From contig JBHGNT010000013.1 in NCBI GenBank assembly GCA_043228905.1, positions 16,244,001 to 16,308,000 on the forward strand: a stretch of DNA of 64,000 nucleotides, in the 5' to 3' direction. Under the pieces are notes generated by a model. The model ran no database searches and had not been told where the DNA came from. It saw nothing but the letters and a program-made list of their open reading frames with translations. This document shows, in pieces, positions 34,768 through 48,239 of the stretch. Source of the stretch: Azolla caroliniana. Taxonomy: Eukaryota > Plantae > Polypodiophyta. Each line of letters starts with the position of its first letter. The stretch's first letter is position 1. Position numbers and translations under genes: made by a program.

Positions 34768-36230
34768 ATGCAGAGAACAGAGAAAGAGAAGGTCACGTTG
34801 GCGCAAACAGCGTGACCACAGCGAGAGGTGCTCCCAACACGATCAGGAGATTGACTGCGTCCTAGCCCCATACTTCTTCTTTGACTGGACCCCATACGCG
34901 AGCAGGGGAGTCCGGTGCACCCCCCCAACTTTCACCTCATCTGTGTGATGAGTCAGTTGACCTTGTATTGTTAGAGGAGGACAAAGCTATCGTTTTGGGT
35001 GAGGTAAATCATTTGGAAGCTTTCTCTTTGGTAGTGCAGGTACAGGGTTCACGAATGAATAGATTGGAACTCCGTCATACTTTGTACGATGCTTTCTCAG
35101 AGGAAGCAGATAACATTCTCAACATTCAATTCATGTCTCGAGGGTGTTATCATGTGGAATTCGCGACTGAGGAGTCTGTCAACAAGCTATTAACGATTAA
35201 GGAGGCGGGCGTGGAAGGTGCGTGGGTATCCTTTCATAAATGATCGTATAATGTTAAAGTAGATGACATATTGCAGGATCAAGAGGCTAGTATGGTTTTT
35301 ACGACGATATTTCTTGGTTTGAGGAAGGAGTGGAGGAATGTTTTGCCTTGCATTGGGGCTTTGTTAGGTAAAGTCATTGCCATGCGTGATGGACAGGCTC
35401 ATGGGATAGATAGAATGGGAGGGGTACCAACAGTTCGGTTGATCACACCAAGATCCGTTCGTTTGCCGACAACTATATCTTTACCTAATTTACTTATAAA
35501 TAAACCATTGGTTGTGCAAAAGGTAAATTATCAAGGAGTGCCTGATCAATGTTTTGTGTGCCGTCAGTTTGGTCATTTAGGTTGAGATTGTCAGAAGCAA
35601 CGTTCGTACAATGAAGCCCAACCACCTAATCAACTAGATGTTAATTATGATGGCTGGTCTACAGTTTCTAATAAACATGTTTTTAAACCGTCTAGTACAA
35701 TGGTTAATCCAATGTTATTACTTGAAGCTAATCCTTATCATTCTTTGCAGGAAGTGGAAAAAGATGCGGGGATTAGTAAAATGGAGGTGGGGTTTTCCAT
35801 TCCAAACTTCACAAAGGAAGATCGGGTGGAACAAAATTCGTAAGACATACTTTTGAAGGTACAAATTGTAGAATTTGTTTCTAAGGTTAATAATCAATGG
35901 AATAAGGATAAACATATGCTTTTAGATAAACTAAAACAAGATGATAGGTCTTTAGTTGTGAACGAGGGTAAAAAAAATGAAGTGGGCAAGGTAGACCTTC
36001 CACATGTTGACATGGATTGTGGGAATATAATTGCTTTTACTATAGCCACTACATCTTCCGATAGGATTGCTATAGTTGATAAGCACATGCCAGTGCGAGC
36101 ACATAAGTTGACTGGGAAAGACATTTGGTCAAATAAGAGACAATTACGAGCTTCGGAGGATGGGCGGAATGGTAGAGATGTTGCACTTGCTAAAAAGAGA
36201 GTAGGAAGGAAAAACATGAATGATGGATAG
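34768..36230 (+). pseudogene. LINE ORF1 (DUF4283/RRM-like plus zinc knuckle), disrupted
   Basis: ORFs 34881-35243 (RGCYHVEFATEE), 35271-35585 (YQGVPDQCFVCRQFGHLG) and 35853-36230. Its stop overlaps the ORF2 start. The 5' boundary is approximate. Confidence 0.78.
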
Positions 36231-39200
36231 CTTAAATATTATTTCATGGAATGTACGGGGTTTAGGAGGTAGACATTGTTGTAAAGTAAAGAGTGTCTTC
36301 TGTCGTCGGTTAAGGAAGTCTTTGATAGGTAGGATTGATGTTCTTCTTATTCAAGAGCATCATTTAAATGCACAAAGGATCCAAAAATATGGAAACTTGT
36401 TGTCAGGCCAGTGGAGACCGTTCTGGGTGCCTGCGACTGGTGATAATAGTTTGAAAGTGGGACTTTGCATTGCAATAAATGATATTTGGTGGGCTTCGTT
36501 CTTACATTATGGCATCTTGACTTGTGGTAGAGGTCATGATGTAATTTTTCAACTAGGTTTGAAGAAGTGGGGTTTGCTAAATATCTATGCACCGAATCAT
36601 GCAAGAGATAGAACGATATTATGGAAGAATATAATGTCACAGTTACCGGATATTGACCATTGGGCAATTGCGGGTGACTTTAATATGTTGGAGGATGTGT
36701 GTGATAGGTTAGGAGGCACAACACAAACATTATCTGGCACAAAATTATATGAATGGGAACGTTTGATTTTTTCTTTGAACTTACTGGACTTGTGACATGT
36801 GCCTTCTTTTGTAAGGATACAAGAGTCGTTAGCTTACTCAAGGTCAAATAGAAGAGAGTCACATACCAATTTATCTAGGTTAGATAGATTTTATGTTGAT
36901 AAGTTTTTATGGGACAAAGGAGGTTCCATTGGAATCATACCTTCATTTTCCTTTTCTGATCATGCACCACTTCGTTTAGTTATAGTATTGCAGGAACATT
37001 ATAAAAGTTCTAGGTTTAGAATTCCAAATCAGGTGTTTCTTAGGCAAGATCTAGCAGTGTTATTTCTTGATTTTGAAAAAGCTTATGATAGAGTGGACTG
37101 GGATTTTATGGAGGTAACACTGCTTAGGATGGGTTTTCCCAACACATGGATACGAGGAGTGTTAGCATTATATCGTAATGCACATAGTTCTCTTTTATTT
37201 GCAAGGGATACTGGTAGGCGGTTTTCTATTTCAAGATCCGTGCGACAGGGATGTCCACTTGCTCCCTTTCTGTTTTTATTAGTATCTGAAGCATTTTCCA
37301 TACATCTAAATTCTCAAGATGTAAATATTAAAGGTTTAGCACTATCTCTGGAAAACGTTGGCGTGGATAGTGAGTTTGCTGATGATACAGCTCTATATGT
37401 TGTTGCCTCACAAGTTAATTTGTTACAGGTACAAAAAGCTATGGATGATTTCTCACATGCATCCGGAGCATTGATAAATTGGGATAAATCATCAGGTTTT
37501 TGGATCGCTTCGAGAGATCCGCTAGTTAATATACCTACCTCAGGTTTTACATGGATACCTCATGGTCAATCCATTAGATATTTAGGTTGTAGAGTGGGTT
37601 TGGGTTTAAATGCAGAAGATATGATTGCACCCTTATTGTTAAGATTAAGGAACAAGTTAATATATTGGAACAAGGAGAAGTTATCCTTAGTTGGACGTGT
37701 AGTTGAAGTTAACTCAGTGCTCTTGTCTTCGATTTGGTATATAGCATCTACTTGGTTGTTTTCTAGGTCAATAATGCTTAAAGTTCAACGTCTAGTACGA
37801 AATTTCATTTGGGGGAACACTATTGCAAACAATTCTGTAGCAAAGGTAACTTGGTCAGTTCTTATACAATCTAAACAGAAAGCAAGTCTAGATTTGATTG
37901 ATCCTTTTATGCAAAGTAAAGCCTTAATTGCTAAACATGTTGTTAGGAGTTTATTGCCAGGAGATGAGTTATGGAAAAAGCTATGTATTCGGCACTTACA
38001 TAAGGTCAAGCCCTTAGTAGGAGGACAATCTCATGATAGTCTTAGGTGGTTTTTTAATTCAGATTTTCCATTACCTAAGTCAAATGTTGGATCATTAAGT
38101 TTCTTTAGTGGACTTTTTCAGGCATGGGAAAGTCTTCGGCAAGCACTTGTTTTCTTGCCACCGAAAAATTATCATCAATTCATGTGTCAACCTTTGATAT
38201 GGAATCCTTTATTTACTGACGAAGCTACATGTGTTTTGGGTCTACGACCAAGGTTATCTTGGGCGACAATGGATAGTGGGCCAGCCCGTATAGTTGCAGA
38301 TTAGATAAAGTTTTTACAAACTTCATCACACGACCAAAAGAATATGTTGTCTAATTTAAGAGGGGCAAGGATAATGTTCTCTCAATTGTCCATGGTGTAT
38401 CAGGTCACACTACCAACTTTGCAGTTGGATCATTTTCAAAGTTGGTACGGTATGTTTTCGACAATTTAATATACTTATAGGAGCTCGTTTATATCATCAT
38501 AATGGCAATTTTTATTTTTATGAAGTTTTGGACAATGGTAGATTGATGTTAGTGGCGGAGGAGTCTCCAATTATGTCCAATGCAAAGCATTTGCCAGTGA
38601 GAGTAATTGCTAGATTAGATAATAAAAAATTAATCGATCCTAGTTCGTTAATTGCTAACTATGCATCTCATATCTACAGTGGGACCCATCAGATTATGGT
38701 TGGAAATTGTCCATGTCTGACACAATGAATAAGGTCCTTCCATTTTTCTCATATTTGGTGGCGTTTGGTAGAAACTTTATGTTGAATCAGACCGAGTCGG
38801 TCACAGCGGGAAAAAAAGTATTGGGAGGAAGGTAATGTCTCATCGTCTCATATGCGGTTTTTTTGGAAATGGTTTTGGGCAACTAAATGTATCAATAAGA
38901 TATTGCATTTTCGATGGTTGATGATTCATTATGCATTACCAGTAGGTGAACTATTGAGGGGATCAGTGCGTGGTTGGTCATGTGTTATGTGTAGGTCTGC
39001 ATCTGAGTCATTGCATCATGTATTTTGGGAATGTGTTTTCACTAAAAGGTTTTGGTTTCGAATTCTTAGGCTTTTAGGTCGTAAGTATACCTCGGTTATG
39101 TTCACGTGGGGTGCAATCTTTTGGGGAATGTTGGATCAACAAATGGCCTTTTATCATTGTCAACATTTTGCTTTGTCTTTACATGTGAGAAGTTTTCAAG

Positions 39201-39568
39201 TATATGCTATTTCAAGTTCCTTGCAGGGAATCAAGTTCTTCTCGCGGAGTTATGTTTGGCAAATCTTTTCCTCTTTGGGTTTATGGGGTCTTTGGAAAGC
39301 TAGGTGTTCCAAGCTATACAATGATGAAAATACTCATGTTGTAGAACAAGTTAAGCCTTTTTGGGACTTATTGGTACATACGGTTAAAGGCGATTACGAC
39401 AGTTGTAAGGGATCAAGAAACACAACTAGTCGAAAAAGAAGGAGAATTCAAAGAGTTTGGTCATCTATTCCTATCATGTTGGATGCAGAGGCTAATGTCA
39501 AGTGGAATTACATACCACCTCGTTGGTTGTTCCCGTCACCAGCACCGTCCTTAGAGCACACAACATGA
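36220..39568 (+). pseudogene. LINE ORF2 (APE endonuclease, RT, zf-RVT), with stops and an internal deletion
   Basis: ISWNVRGL, LIQEHH, NIYAPN, AGDFN, SRLDRFY, SDHAP; LDFEKAYDRVDW, RQGCPLAP, FADD; CVMC...ESLHHVFWEC. Confidence 0.92.
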
Positions 39569-40269
39569 ATCAACATGGAAGAGGTGATCGTGGCACATAG
39601 CAAGAGTCTTTTCATAAAAGAAGATTTTGGCGATAATCTCCGATATGTTTGTTACGAATAGTAAAGCAGATGCTTTACCTTAGATAGGGATGATTGATAA
39701 TGATTGTCGGTGGTTGAGCAAATGTTCATAAGGAGAGGAGAGTGTGCATTCATGTTTGCTTCTATAGGTTTAAGCTAATGGGGATACTCGATGACAGCGA
39801 GCTGATTGATGTGGCCTTGAGGAAGTTTATTTTTCTATTTTTTATTATGATGAGTGATTATGGTGTGGGAATGGAAGCATATTTTCATGACTAATTAAGA
39901 AATTGTTTTTTTAAACTCGTTTGTTGTGCTGTCCATACATGATTTCGTTGATAATCAACGACATGGAGAGATGGTTGATGTCGATTGAATGAAGCAGGTT
40001 TTATTTTTCATTACGATGATTGATGATGGCGGTGGGGATTGAAGCATGTTTCCATGAAGAGAGGATAAGTGAAGATGGTGTGACGGCCGAAGCATATCAT
40101 GAGGAGATGTGGAAATTGTTTACACTTAATTTGTTGTTGTTTTTCACAGGCCCTTGATGGTAATCGGTGAGATGTTTGATGCGGACTGAATGAAGCAGTT
40201 TTTTCTTTTGAGATAAGGATGAGTGGGAAGCATATTTTTCTTCAAGAGCCGTTGTTTGAGGAATTGGGT

Positions 40270-40935
40270 GGTAATTGGCGAGATGGCTGATGTGGACTGA
40301 ATGAAGAAATTTTTTCTGTGATAAGGATGAGGAAGATGGTGGGGGGGTCGAAGCCGACTATCATGAGTGGGTGAGGAAACTTTTAGACTAAATTTTTGTT
40401 GTTAATACATGATTTTCGTGAACATTGGCAACATGCTAATCGGCGAGATGGCTAATGTGGACTGAATGAAGAAATTTTTTTCTGTGATAAGGATGAGTGA
40501 AGATGGTGGGGGGCTCAAAGCCGACTATCATGAGTAGGTGAGGAAACTTTTAGACTATTTTTTTGTTGTTAATACAGGATTTTCGTGGACATTGGCAAGA
40601 TGCTAATCGGTGAGATGGCTGATGTGGACTGAATGAAGAAATTTTTTCTGTGATAAGGATGTGTGAAGATGGTGGGGGGGTTGAAGCCGACTATCATGAG
40701 TGGGTGAGGAAACTTTTAGACTAATTTTTTGTTGTTAATACAGGATTTCCGTGGACATTGGCAAGATGCTAATCGGCGAGATGGTTGATGTGGACTGAAT
40801 GAAGAAATTTTTTCTGTGAGAAGGATGAGTGAAGATGGTGGGGGGGTCGAAGCCGACTATCATGAGTGGGTGAGGAAACTTTTACACTAAAATTTTGTTG
40901 TTAATACAGGATTTTCATGGACATTGGCAAGATGT
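40270..40935 (+). repeat. Tandem array of four ~166-bp units in the LINE 3' region
   Basis: ggcgagatggctgatgtggactgaatgaagaaat recurs near 40277, 40442, 40608 and 40774. More diverged copies lie upstream near 39800, 39965 and 40165. Confidence 0.9.
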
Positions 40936-41405
40936 CAAGATGGTATACAAAGAGTTTGACAGATCATCCCTAGATGAACGTATGTTGTTGCTATTGGAAC
41001 ATGCCATGGCCGTAAATGGAACTGTTGATTTACATGTTAAGGCATCAAATGGACTTCTGGTTGTTGTTGCTTAGTCACCAAAAAAATTTGCAAAAATGTG
41101 TATGTTGGGAGAGTAAGCTGGTTAAGACAAGTACACGTGAGATAACAGGAAATCCTCTCCTATCAGGAACTGTAGTGGAAGCAGTTGGTCATATTGGTCT
41201 ACGGGGATGTTTACCTCTATTTTCTAATGGTGATGAACAGTATATAGGTGTAGAAACAGTATTTTCTGGGCATATCTGTCGTGGTGGCCCTGAAAAGATA
41301 CTTTTGGAAGCAACGTTGAATGTGATATTTGCATTGAGCAGCACTAAGGTGGAGGAGGTGCTATTTTCTATAGGTGAAGCTATTTGTTTTATATGGGGTG
41401 GTCTT
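40931..41405 (+). pseudogene. ECM29: Captured intronless fragment(s) of a proteasome adaptor ECM29-like gene
   Basis: Translates to ERMLLLLEHAMAVNGTVDLHVKASNGLL, then (ORF 41016-41411) VEAVGHIGLRGCLP, SGHIC and IFALSSTKVEEVLFSIGEAICFIWGG. These match recalled plant ECM29 blocks in the same order. Confidence 0.75.
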
Positions 41406-44400
41406 GATTAGGCCAAAATCTTGAGCCCAGTGTTGTTGAGACTGTTAGAGTTGCACAAGTGTTCGATAGTTTTCTAGTTAATTATGTTGCATTTTTCTTT
41501 GTAATACTGGACTTTTTTGTATATTGCCTTTGGCCACTTTATGTTAATACCAATGGGGGATACTTTTTATGGGGGGAAAAAATGACCAACGACATAACAT
41601 ATTAACAAGATAGTAGTACCCTTGCAACATTAACGGAAATGATATACCATGACAACACCATACAAGGGTAACAAGGACAAGGCGACATCCATTGTTGTAA
41701 TACAATGGCGTAAAGCAAAAATGGTTTCTTAGGGGTGACAAGGCTCATAAGAGGTAATGAGGGCAATAGGAAGTGACACATAACAACGAGACCAATGGTA
41801 GGATTTGGCAATTGTGGTCCCCCTAAGACCATTTAAAATGCCACATAACATGCGAAAGCATTTGGAAGTCCATCATATGACTTTAATGGAAAACTTTTGT
41901 CTATCAACATGGATTGGGGAAAATACGTTTATCACCCATAACTAGATAACGTTGTAAAGTGTTTGTCCAAAAGAAAACACAACATATGACATACTTGATA
42001 TAGTATATGCATAAGTATATAGTGATTCTTTTGCCAAATGTAAGTTCCTATCTAGTAGCAATTGATAAGGATTATTTATAAATAGGTAAGACATCCAATA
42101 TATATGCAATATGTGCCAAGCATTTTATTCTTTGATGACTTATTGTCCCTCTGTCTTTTTCAATTCAAAGCTATTTTTAATGGAAATTTGTTGTTTATAA
42201 CATAAGTAGCTAAAATAGGTTGCAACAACATTGACTCATTATAAGGTGTATACTTTGTTTCACTAATGTGCTTGGAGAGCCTAACATGTTGAAAAGTAAA
42301 TTTCAAGAGGCAAATATTACATGTATTAGAGAACATCACAAATCATTTATTGAAACTTTTTCCATTCGGCGTTCCTTAAAAATAATACACTAGCTATATG
42401 TACATCTATTTCATACCAAATCTTTCATAAAAAAAGTGCTCCATAAGAATGAATTCATGAATTTTGTTGATATTGAAAGCTTTTCACACCTACATTTGGG
42501 TCAAATGTACAAAAAGCAAAGTGAATGCATATACACGAAGTGTATGACATGATGGCAAATGCTCATATAATCCATTTATGTCAAAACTATATAATAAATT
42601 TGATTACTATATGATGTGATCGTTTTAATGATGATATATTTGAAGTTGTTAGGTTTTTTTACCAAAGTACTATGATTTGGACGAATTAGATGCATACACA
42701 TGAAAGTGGTTTCAAGTGTTACCTTATGCAACCATTTCGGGAAGGATTCGTGTGCATTGATTAGTAAACGAAGAGAAAGATTATCTTCTATTTTGGGGAT
42801 GAGAAATCATTTAGGGATAAAAGCATGTCATAGTCAGGGAAAGATTGTTGTATTAAGTGATGAATTGGCATTGGGAACAATATTTTCCATTTACAAGAAT
42901 GAAACTTTGAAGTTTGCCTCTCGTTTTGTCGATATCGTTAGTTGCATATGAAAGAGGGGTTTTCAAAGATGACAAAGATCATAAATAACGCTCTTACAAT
43001 CTTGACTATACTAATGTTTGTGTTCATTGATACACCAAATAGAGTCCAAGTTTGAAGAGGTTAAGCAAATCAAACGATTTGATGAAGCTTAGATGGGTGT
43101 GAAGAATCAAAGAGCTAGATCATTGATAATAACATAGTGTTGATCGATAAATTTGTCGTGACATATTCGTAGAGATTTCATCTTTCGATAATGTTATGTT
43201 AGGTTCAAGTAAACGTTACATTTTGTTTTTTAGTATAGCAAACATATTATAACAATGCATGGCATTTTCCATGAAAAAAAAAGTATGGTGGAGTTATAAA
43301 AATGTCTTCCATTTGTGCTTTTTGCACAATTGACAAAAAACTTTGGAATGTCAATGATTTGCAAGTTAGAAATTTGCCATTTCAAACAAACGCGGCATGT
43401 TTTAAAAATGCAAGTCCCATAATATTGTGGGTGGCATGTCAAATTTTAGCATTGATCATGACAAACAGGAACGACGATGACTGCAAACCACCACCAAAAT
43501 ATGGACAACAACAACGATGACAAGTGAGCGTAGTAGAGAGAGAGAGAGAGTAAGCTTAACAAATTCTCATAATAATAATAAAAGTAGTAGTGCAAGGATC
43601 GCCTTTTCTTTTCTTATCACAAATAGAGAATAATGGTAATATATATGTGTGAGTATATAAATATAGTTTTTACTAGAAGATAACAAAACAACCACTCACA
43701 ACATGATTTGGGCTCTCCTCCTCACCATCCAATATATATATCAATAATATCCCCCCCATGTCCTAGCATTTTCACCGAGAAGGGTGAGGACATGCATATG
43801 TGTATATACTTTTTATCGCAAAGTAGTAGTAATCCTCCTCCTTAGGGAGGTGTCACGTACAATATGACATGTTGGTTTGATCCATGGATGATAAAATTAG
43901 CCTCATCATGGATGATAAAACATCAATTCTATTCTATTCCATTCTATGAGGCCTTATTTATGACATATGGATCTTTGAAGCCTTTCATACAATATTGGGA
44001 CAACCTTACTCTTCCCAATTGAAAACTCAATTCAATTGTTTCCCTATAGGCTTCTATACACGAGTCCCTTTGATGGCCACAACAATGACTCCCCTTTTCT
44101 TGTTAGTTTGGTGTTGGACATGCATTTTCCTCCAATATACAAGATAACTACACGCAACTACAAGCACTATGCCATTTACCCACACAATGTCAATCATACA
44201 AGTGTGGATGTCAAAACAATGCGTTGGCCTATGCACATTCCGATGTAGGACATGTATAAACATATCGTGCCAAGAAATAATATATAATTATCCAAGTCCT
44301 AGATTTAAAAAAGGTGTTGTTGTTAGCTGGTTTTCTTTGACATTTATAAAAATGACTTTAGCGACAAAGGTATAAATGAGACCCAACCATGTAATAAGCA

Positions 44401-44869
44401 CTACACTATCTATATATTGATATGGAGCATACTTGTGTATGGGGTTCAAAACGATGATTCTCCAATGCGACCTATAGAATTGGTCCTATGTGCATGATAG
44501 AGAATAAGATTTACTTGCATGAATTCAAACATAATGGTACCATAAATATTGCATGATCACAAACTAATCTCCCATGATTTAACGATCAATCATTCTTTTA
44601 AGAAAGATACCATTGCAACTTTCCATCATATGACCATACAAATATGCATGACAAACTCCCAAGTACCCTCCAGTTTTTATTTGTTTCCCCAAACGCATCC
44701 GAAGATTCCTTTGATTTCCCAAAATGCCTTTGGTCAACTCCTAAAAAGAGTGAGGGGGGGGGGGGGGGGGAGTAAATGAAGCATATAAAATAATATTAGA
44801 ATGGCTTGAATGCATGATTTAGGAAGAGGCGAAGGTGATGAAGACAAACATGGGGTGGAGGCCAAAGAC

Positions 44870-44870
<1 letters not shown>

Positions 44871-44928
<58 letters not shown>
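44871..44928. repeat. (GA)n microsatellite
   Basis: Perfect dinucleotide run. Confidence 0.95.
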
Positions 44929-44934
<6 letters not shown>

Positions 44935-45179
44935 TGTCCATAAGAGGCCAATTGCTATCCTATGAGATGGGGACTAGCCATGGGGATTATTAGCCCATTG
45001 AGAGGATTGAACTTCAGTTCTCTCAAATTATTGAGTTTGAAGCTACAATGTCAATCACCAAGCTCAAAGAGGGTCTTAAAAAAAAAAAAAGTAGCTTAGT
45101 CAACAAGGTTATCTGAAAGATTTGAGACGGTCATGTGTTCACAACCCCTTCGTTGCACACTAGCATCTACTAAATTTGC

Positions 45180-45430
45180 CATATCCACACAAAACATCCA
45201 TTGGAAGATGTGCTCGATGTAGCGAACCTTGACACTCTCTGAGAACAAGAAATCTCCACACAAACCCTGATCACAAAAGGTACATTCAACCCCGAGAATC
45301 CAAGACGGGCATCTATTAAATCCATCATATCCACACAAAATAGAAGCTACATTGATGCGCTCGGTTTAGTGAAAACCCGACACATTCCGAGAACAAGAAA
45401 TCTCAAGAGAAACCTTGATGACAAGGTACA
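45180..45430. repeat. Diverged ~146-bp direct duplication
   Basis: catatccacacaaaa...gagaacaagaaatctc...aaggtaca occurs twice (from about 45180 and 45326). Confidence 0.7.
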
Positions 45431-45459
45431 CCTAGGGGAAGTGTTGGTGTAATTTTTGG

Positions 45460-45598
45460 CATACATTACATACATTACATACATACATACATCCATCCAT
45501 ACATACATACATTACATACATTACATCCATCCATACATACATACATACATACATACATTACATACATTATACATACATACATACACATACATATATAT
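45460..45598. repeat. Compound (CATA)n/(CATTA)n microsatellite
   Basis: Seen directly. Confidence 0.9.
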
Positions 45599-46014
45599 AG
45601 ATGAGTGAGTAGTGCAGGGGAGGGAAGAAGATGATCATTGACTCACTGTCTGCTTGATTGGCTTATGATTGCCTTCCTTCCTTTCTTCCTTGGAAAGCAA
45701 GAAATCAGCAGAAAAGCAGAAAGCAAGAGGAGAGAGAAGACCTCTGTCTCTCTGTCTGTTATGAAAGATTCCCAAACCCCTGTTTTTTAGGCTTACATAC
45801 ACACATACATATATATATATATACATATACATATATTTATATGTATGGATGAATTACATATACATATATATTTATGTATGCATATCTACTATTTCCATTG
45901 ATTTTCTCTCTCTCTCTCTCTCTCTCTCATGGCTTTTTGATTTTGGGAAAGACGAAGGAAGGTGAAAGAAGCAGAAGCTTATTCGCCATAGCCTCATCTC
46001 ACCTCCCTCCCTGT

Positions 46015-46051
46015 CTTCTTCTTCTTCTTCTTCTTCTTCTTCTTCTTCTTC
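46015..46051. repeat. (CTT)n microsatellite upstream of the glycosyltransferase gene
   Basis: Seen directly. Confidence 0.9.
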
Positions 46052-46439
46052 CTTGTGTGTGATTGTATTACTCATGACTCAAACAGATCTCAGAGCTTAT
46101 TTGAAGGCATCGATCGATCTCTAGGCAGAGAAATTAACTCCATCCAGCTGTCCCTGTCTTCTTCACACATTAGATCTAGAAGTCATGGAAAAACTCCCAT
46201 CTTTCTTCTTCTCCTGCTGTCTCTGTTCTCTTTCTCCCTGCCCCTCTTCAACAAGTTGAATAAGAAATCGAAGGTCTTCTGTTCGGCGGCTGTAATATAT
46301 TGTGCACAGATCGACCTTTCTGGGTGCAGATTCCACCATATCCACACCTTCCTGGTGGAAGCTACATACAGACTAGCGTGGGAACACAAACTGTTGGACC
46401 GTCCTCGTCCAAGGTGGATTAAGCATACCCTCAGATGTG

Positions 46440-48239
46440 ATGATGAGAGGGGTAGGATCACCGCTTCCAGTAACAACACACCACTCAAGGCCATCCCTGG
46501 CCACATCTCTGCTCCTTGCAGCATTACTTCTCACCTCTGTCTTTGCATATTTCCATTTCATTCTATCTTCACACCATAGCTCTTGCAAAGAAGGAATCAA
46601 TGGTGAAGATAGAGCCATCGCAGATGTGCTCACATCTTCGTTCCCATGGCGATCTTCAGATTTCTCCCGAGATTCTGAATCACTAGATTCTGATTCTGAT
46701 TCTGATTCATTCCCAGGATTTTTCTTTCGGCATGCCAGGCGGGTGAAACCAAACCGTAACACATCAGATCTCAGTCTCCACAACATAGTTTTCTGCATCG
46801 GCGGTGGACATGCATCCCTCTGGCAACAGCGCAAGGAGTTTGTCAAACTATGGTGGAAACCTCGCCGAATGCGGGGTTTTGTATGGCTAGACGAACCCAT
46901 TATTTCAGTAGATCCCCCTGAACAGCTACCTGTATTAATGGTATCGGAAGATTCGTCATCTTTCAAGTATACCCACCCTGTGGGTAGCCCTTCAGGTATT
47001 AGAATCGCAAGGATCCTCGTTGAGACATTCCGCCTTGGCCTTCCCGATGTGCATTGGTTTGTGCTCGCTGATGATGATACCATCTTCTCTACGGAGAATT
47101 TACTCCGGGTGTTGAGTAAATATGATGCCAATGAGATGTATTACATCGGAGGCTACTCAGAAAGCCACTTTGAGAATTTCATCTTCAGCTACAACATGGC
47201 CTATGGAGGGGCTGGCATTGCCATTAGCTACCCATTAGCCGAGGTCCTTGTGGGTATGTATGATGATTGCATACAAAGGTATTCCTACCTCTTTGGGAGT
47301 GATGATAGGCTTCATGCTTGTATCACTGAGCTTGGCGTGCCCATCACAAAAGAACCTGGATTCCACCAGGTATGTTCTCTTTACCTTGTCTCTCTACATA
47401 ACACAACCTTTAGGCGTTTTCTTAATGTATTTTCTTTCGGGTTCGATATGTAGTTTGAAGTAGTTTCTTTTCCTGGGTTTTGTACATAGTTTGATATCCG
47501 AGGAAACCCTCTTGGGCTACTAGTGGCTCATCCAGTTGCACCCTTTGTCTCAATTCATCATGTTGAAGTTTATGAGCCTATTTTCCCTTTCCTTGGAACC
47601 CTTGATAGCTTGAGGCTCCTTGTCAAGGCGATGCAAACAGAACCCAGCAGCTTCTTGCAACAGTCGATATGTTATCAGCCCAACCATAAGCTTTCCTTCT
47701 CCATTTCGTTGGGTTATAGTGTGCAAGTCTACCCGAGGATCATTTCACCCCGGGAATTGCAAAGAGCTGAACGAACCTTTCGAGCTTGGAATGAGCTAGA
47801 TTTGGAAGCTGAATTTGACATCAATACAAGGCCCTCACCTTCCGTTTGCGACCAACCATTCCTTTTCTTCTTGGAGGACATTCATGTTGATGAAAGAAGT
47901 GGTTTGACAGTTAGTACATATAACCGGCACTATGCTATTGATGATGTAAAGAAACAAGAATTTTGCTGGTCTCAGATTTTCCCCCCTGATGAGGTGCACA
48001 AAATCCGAGTGTCAAATAAGCCATTGGATTGGCATTGGTATCTGGTAAAAAGCTCTAGAAATTCGTTTGCTTTCAAGAAGAATAACTGATTGAGAAATTG
48101 CAGATTGTGGTTGTAATGCATTCCTTAACCATGTTTTCAGGTACCTCGACGGCAATGCTGCAGTCTCGGTAGTTTAAATAATAAAGTTCTCGATATCACA
48201 GTGGATTCTTGTTTGCAAGGCATGGTGATTGCAACATGA
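46440..48239 (+). CDS. DUF604 / fringe-related glycosyltransferase (GT31-like), 3 exons, 527 aa
   Basis: Exons 46440-47369, 47490-48044 and 48141-48239 with GT-AG introns in frame. N-terminal TM anchor, IVFCIGG, KLWWKP, RGFVWLD, WFVLADDDTIF, MAYGGAGIAISYPLA, GSDDRLHAC, EPGFHQ|FDIRG, PRRQCC. Confidence 0.95.

Larger units (their letters stand above)
34737..41580 (+). mobile_element. L1-clade LINE with both ends present (ORF1, ORF2, 2-kb 3' region), degenerate
   Basis: 17-bp TSD AATGACCAACGACA(C/T)AA at 34720-34736 and 41581-41597. ORF1 with a CCHC knuckle; ORF2 with APE, RT and zf-RVT; short A tail. Confidence 0.88.

Noticed and set aside
41600-43500. Possible ancient DNA-transposon relic in AT-rich intergenic DNA
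   Set aside because: No convincing transposase motif, TIR or TSD could be read; it needs a profile search.
46373-47131. 252-aa antisense ORF over the glycosyltransferase exon 1
   Set aside because: Shadow of a well-supported sense CDS; no recognisable domain.
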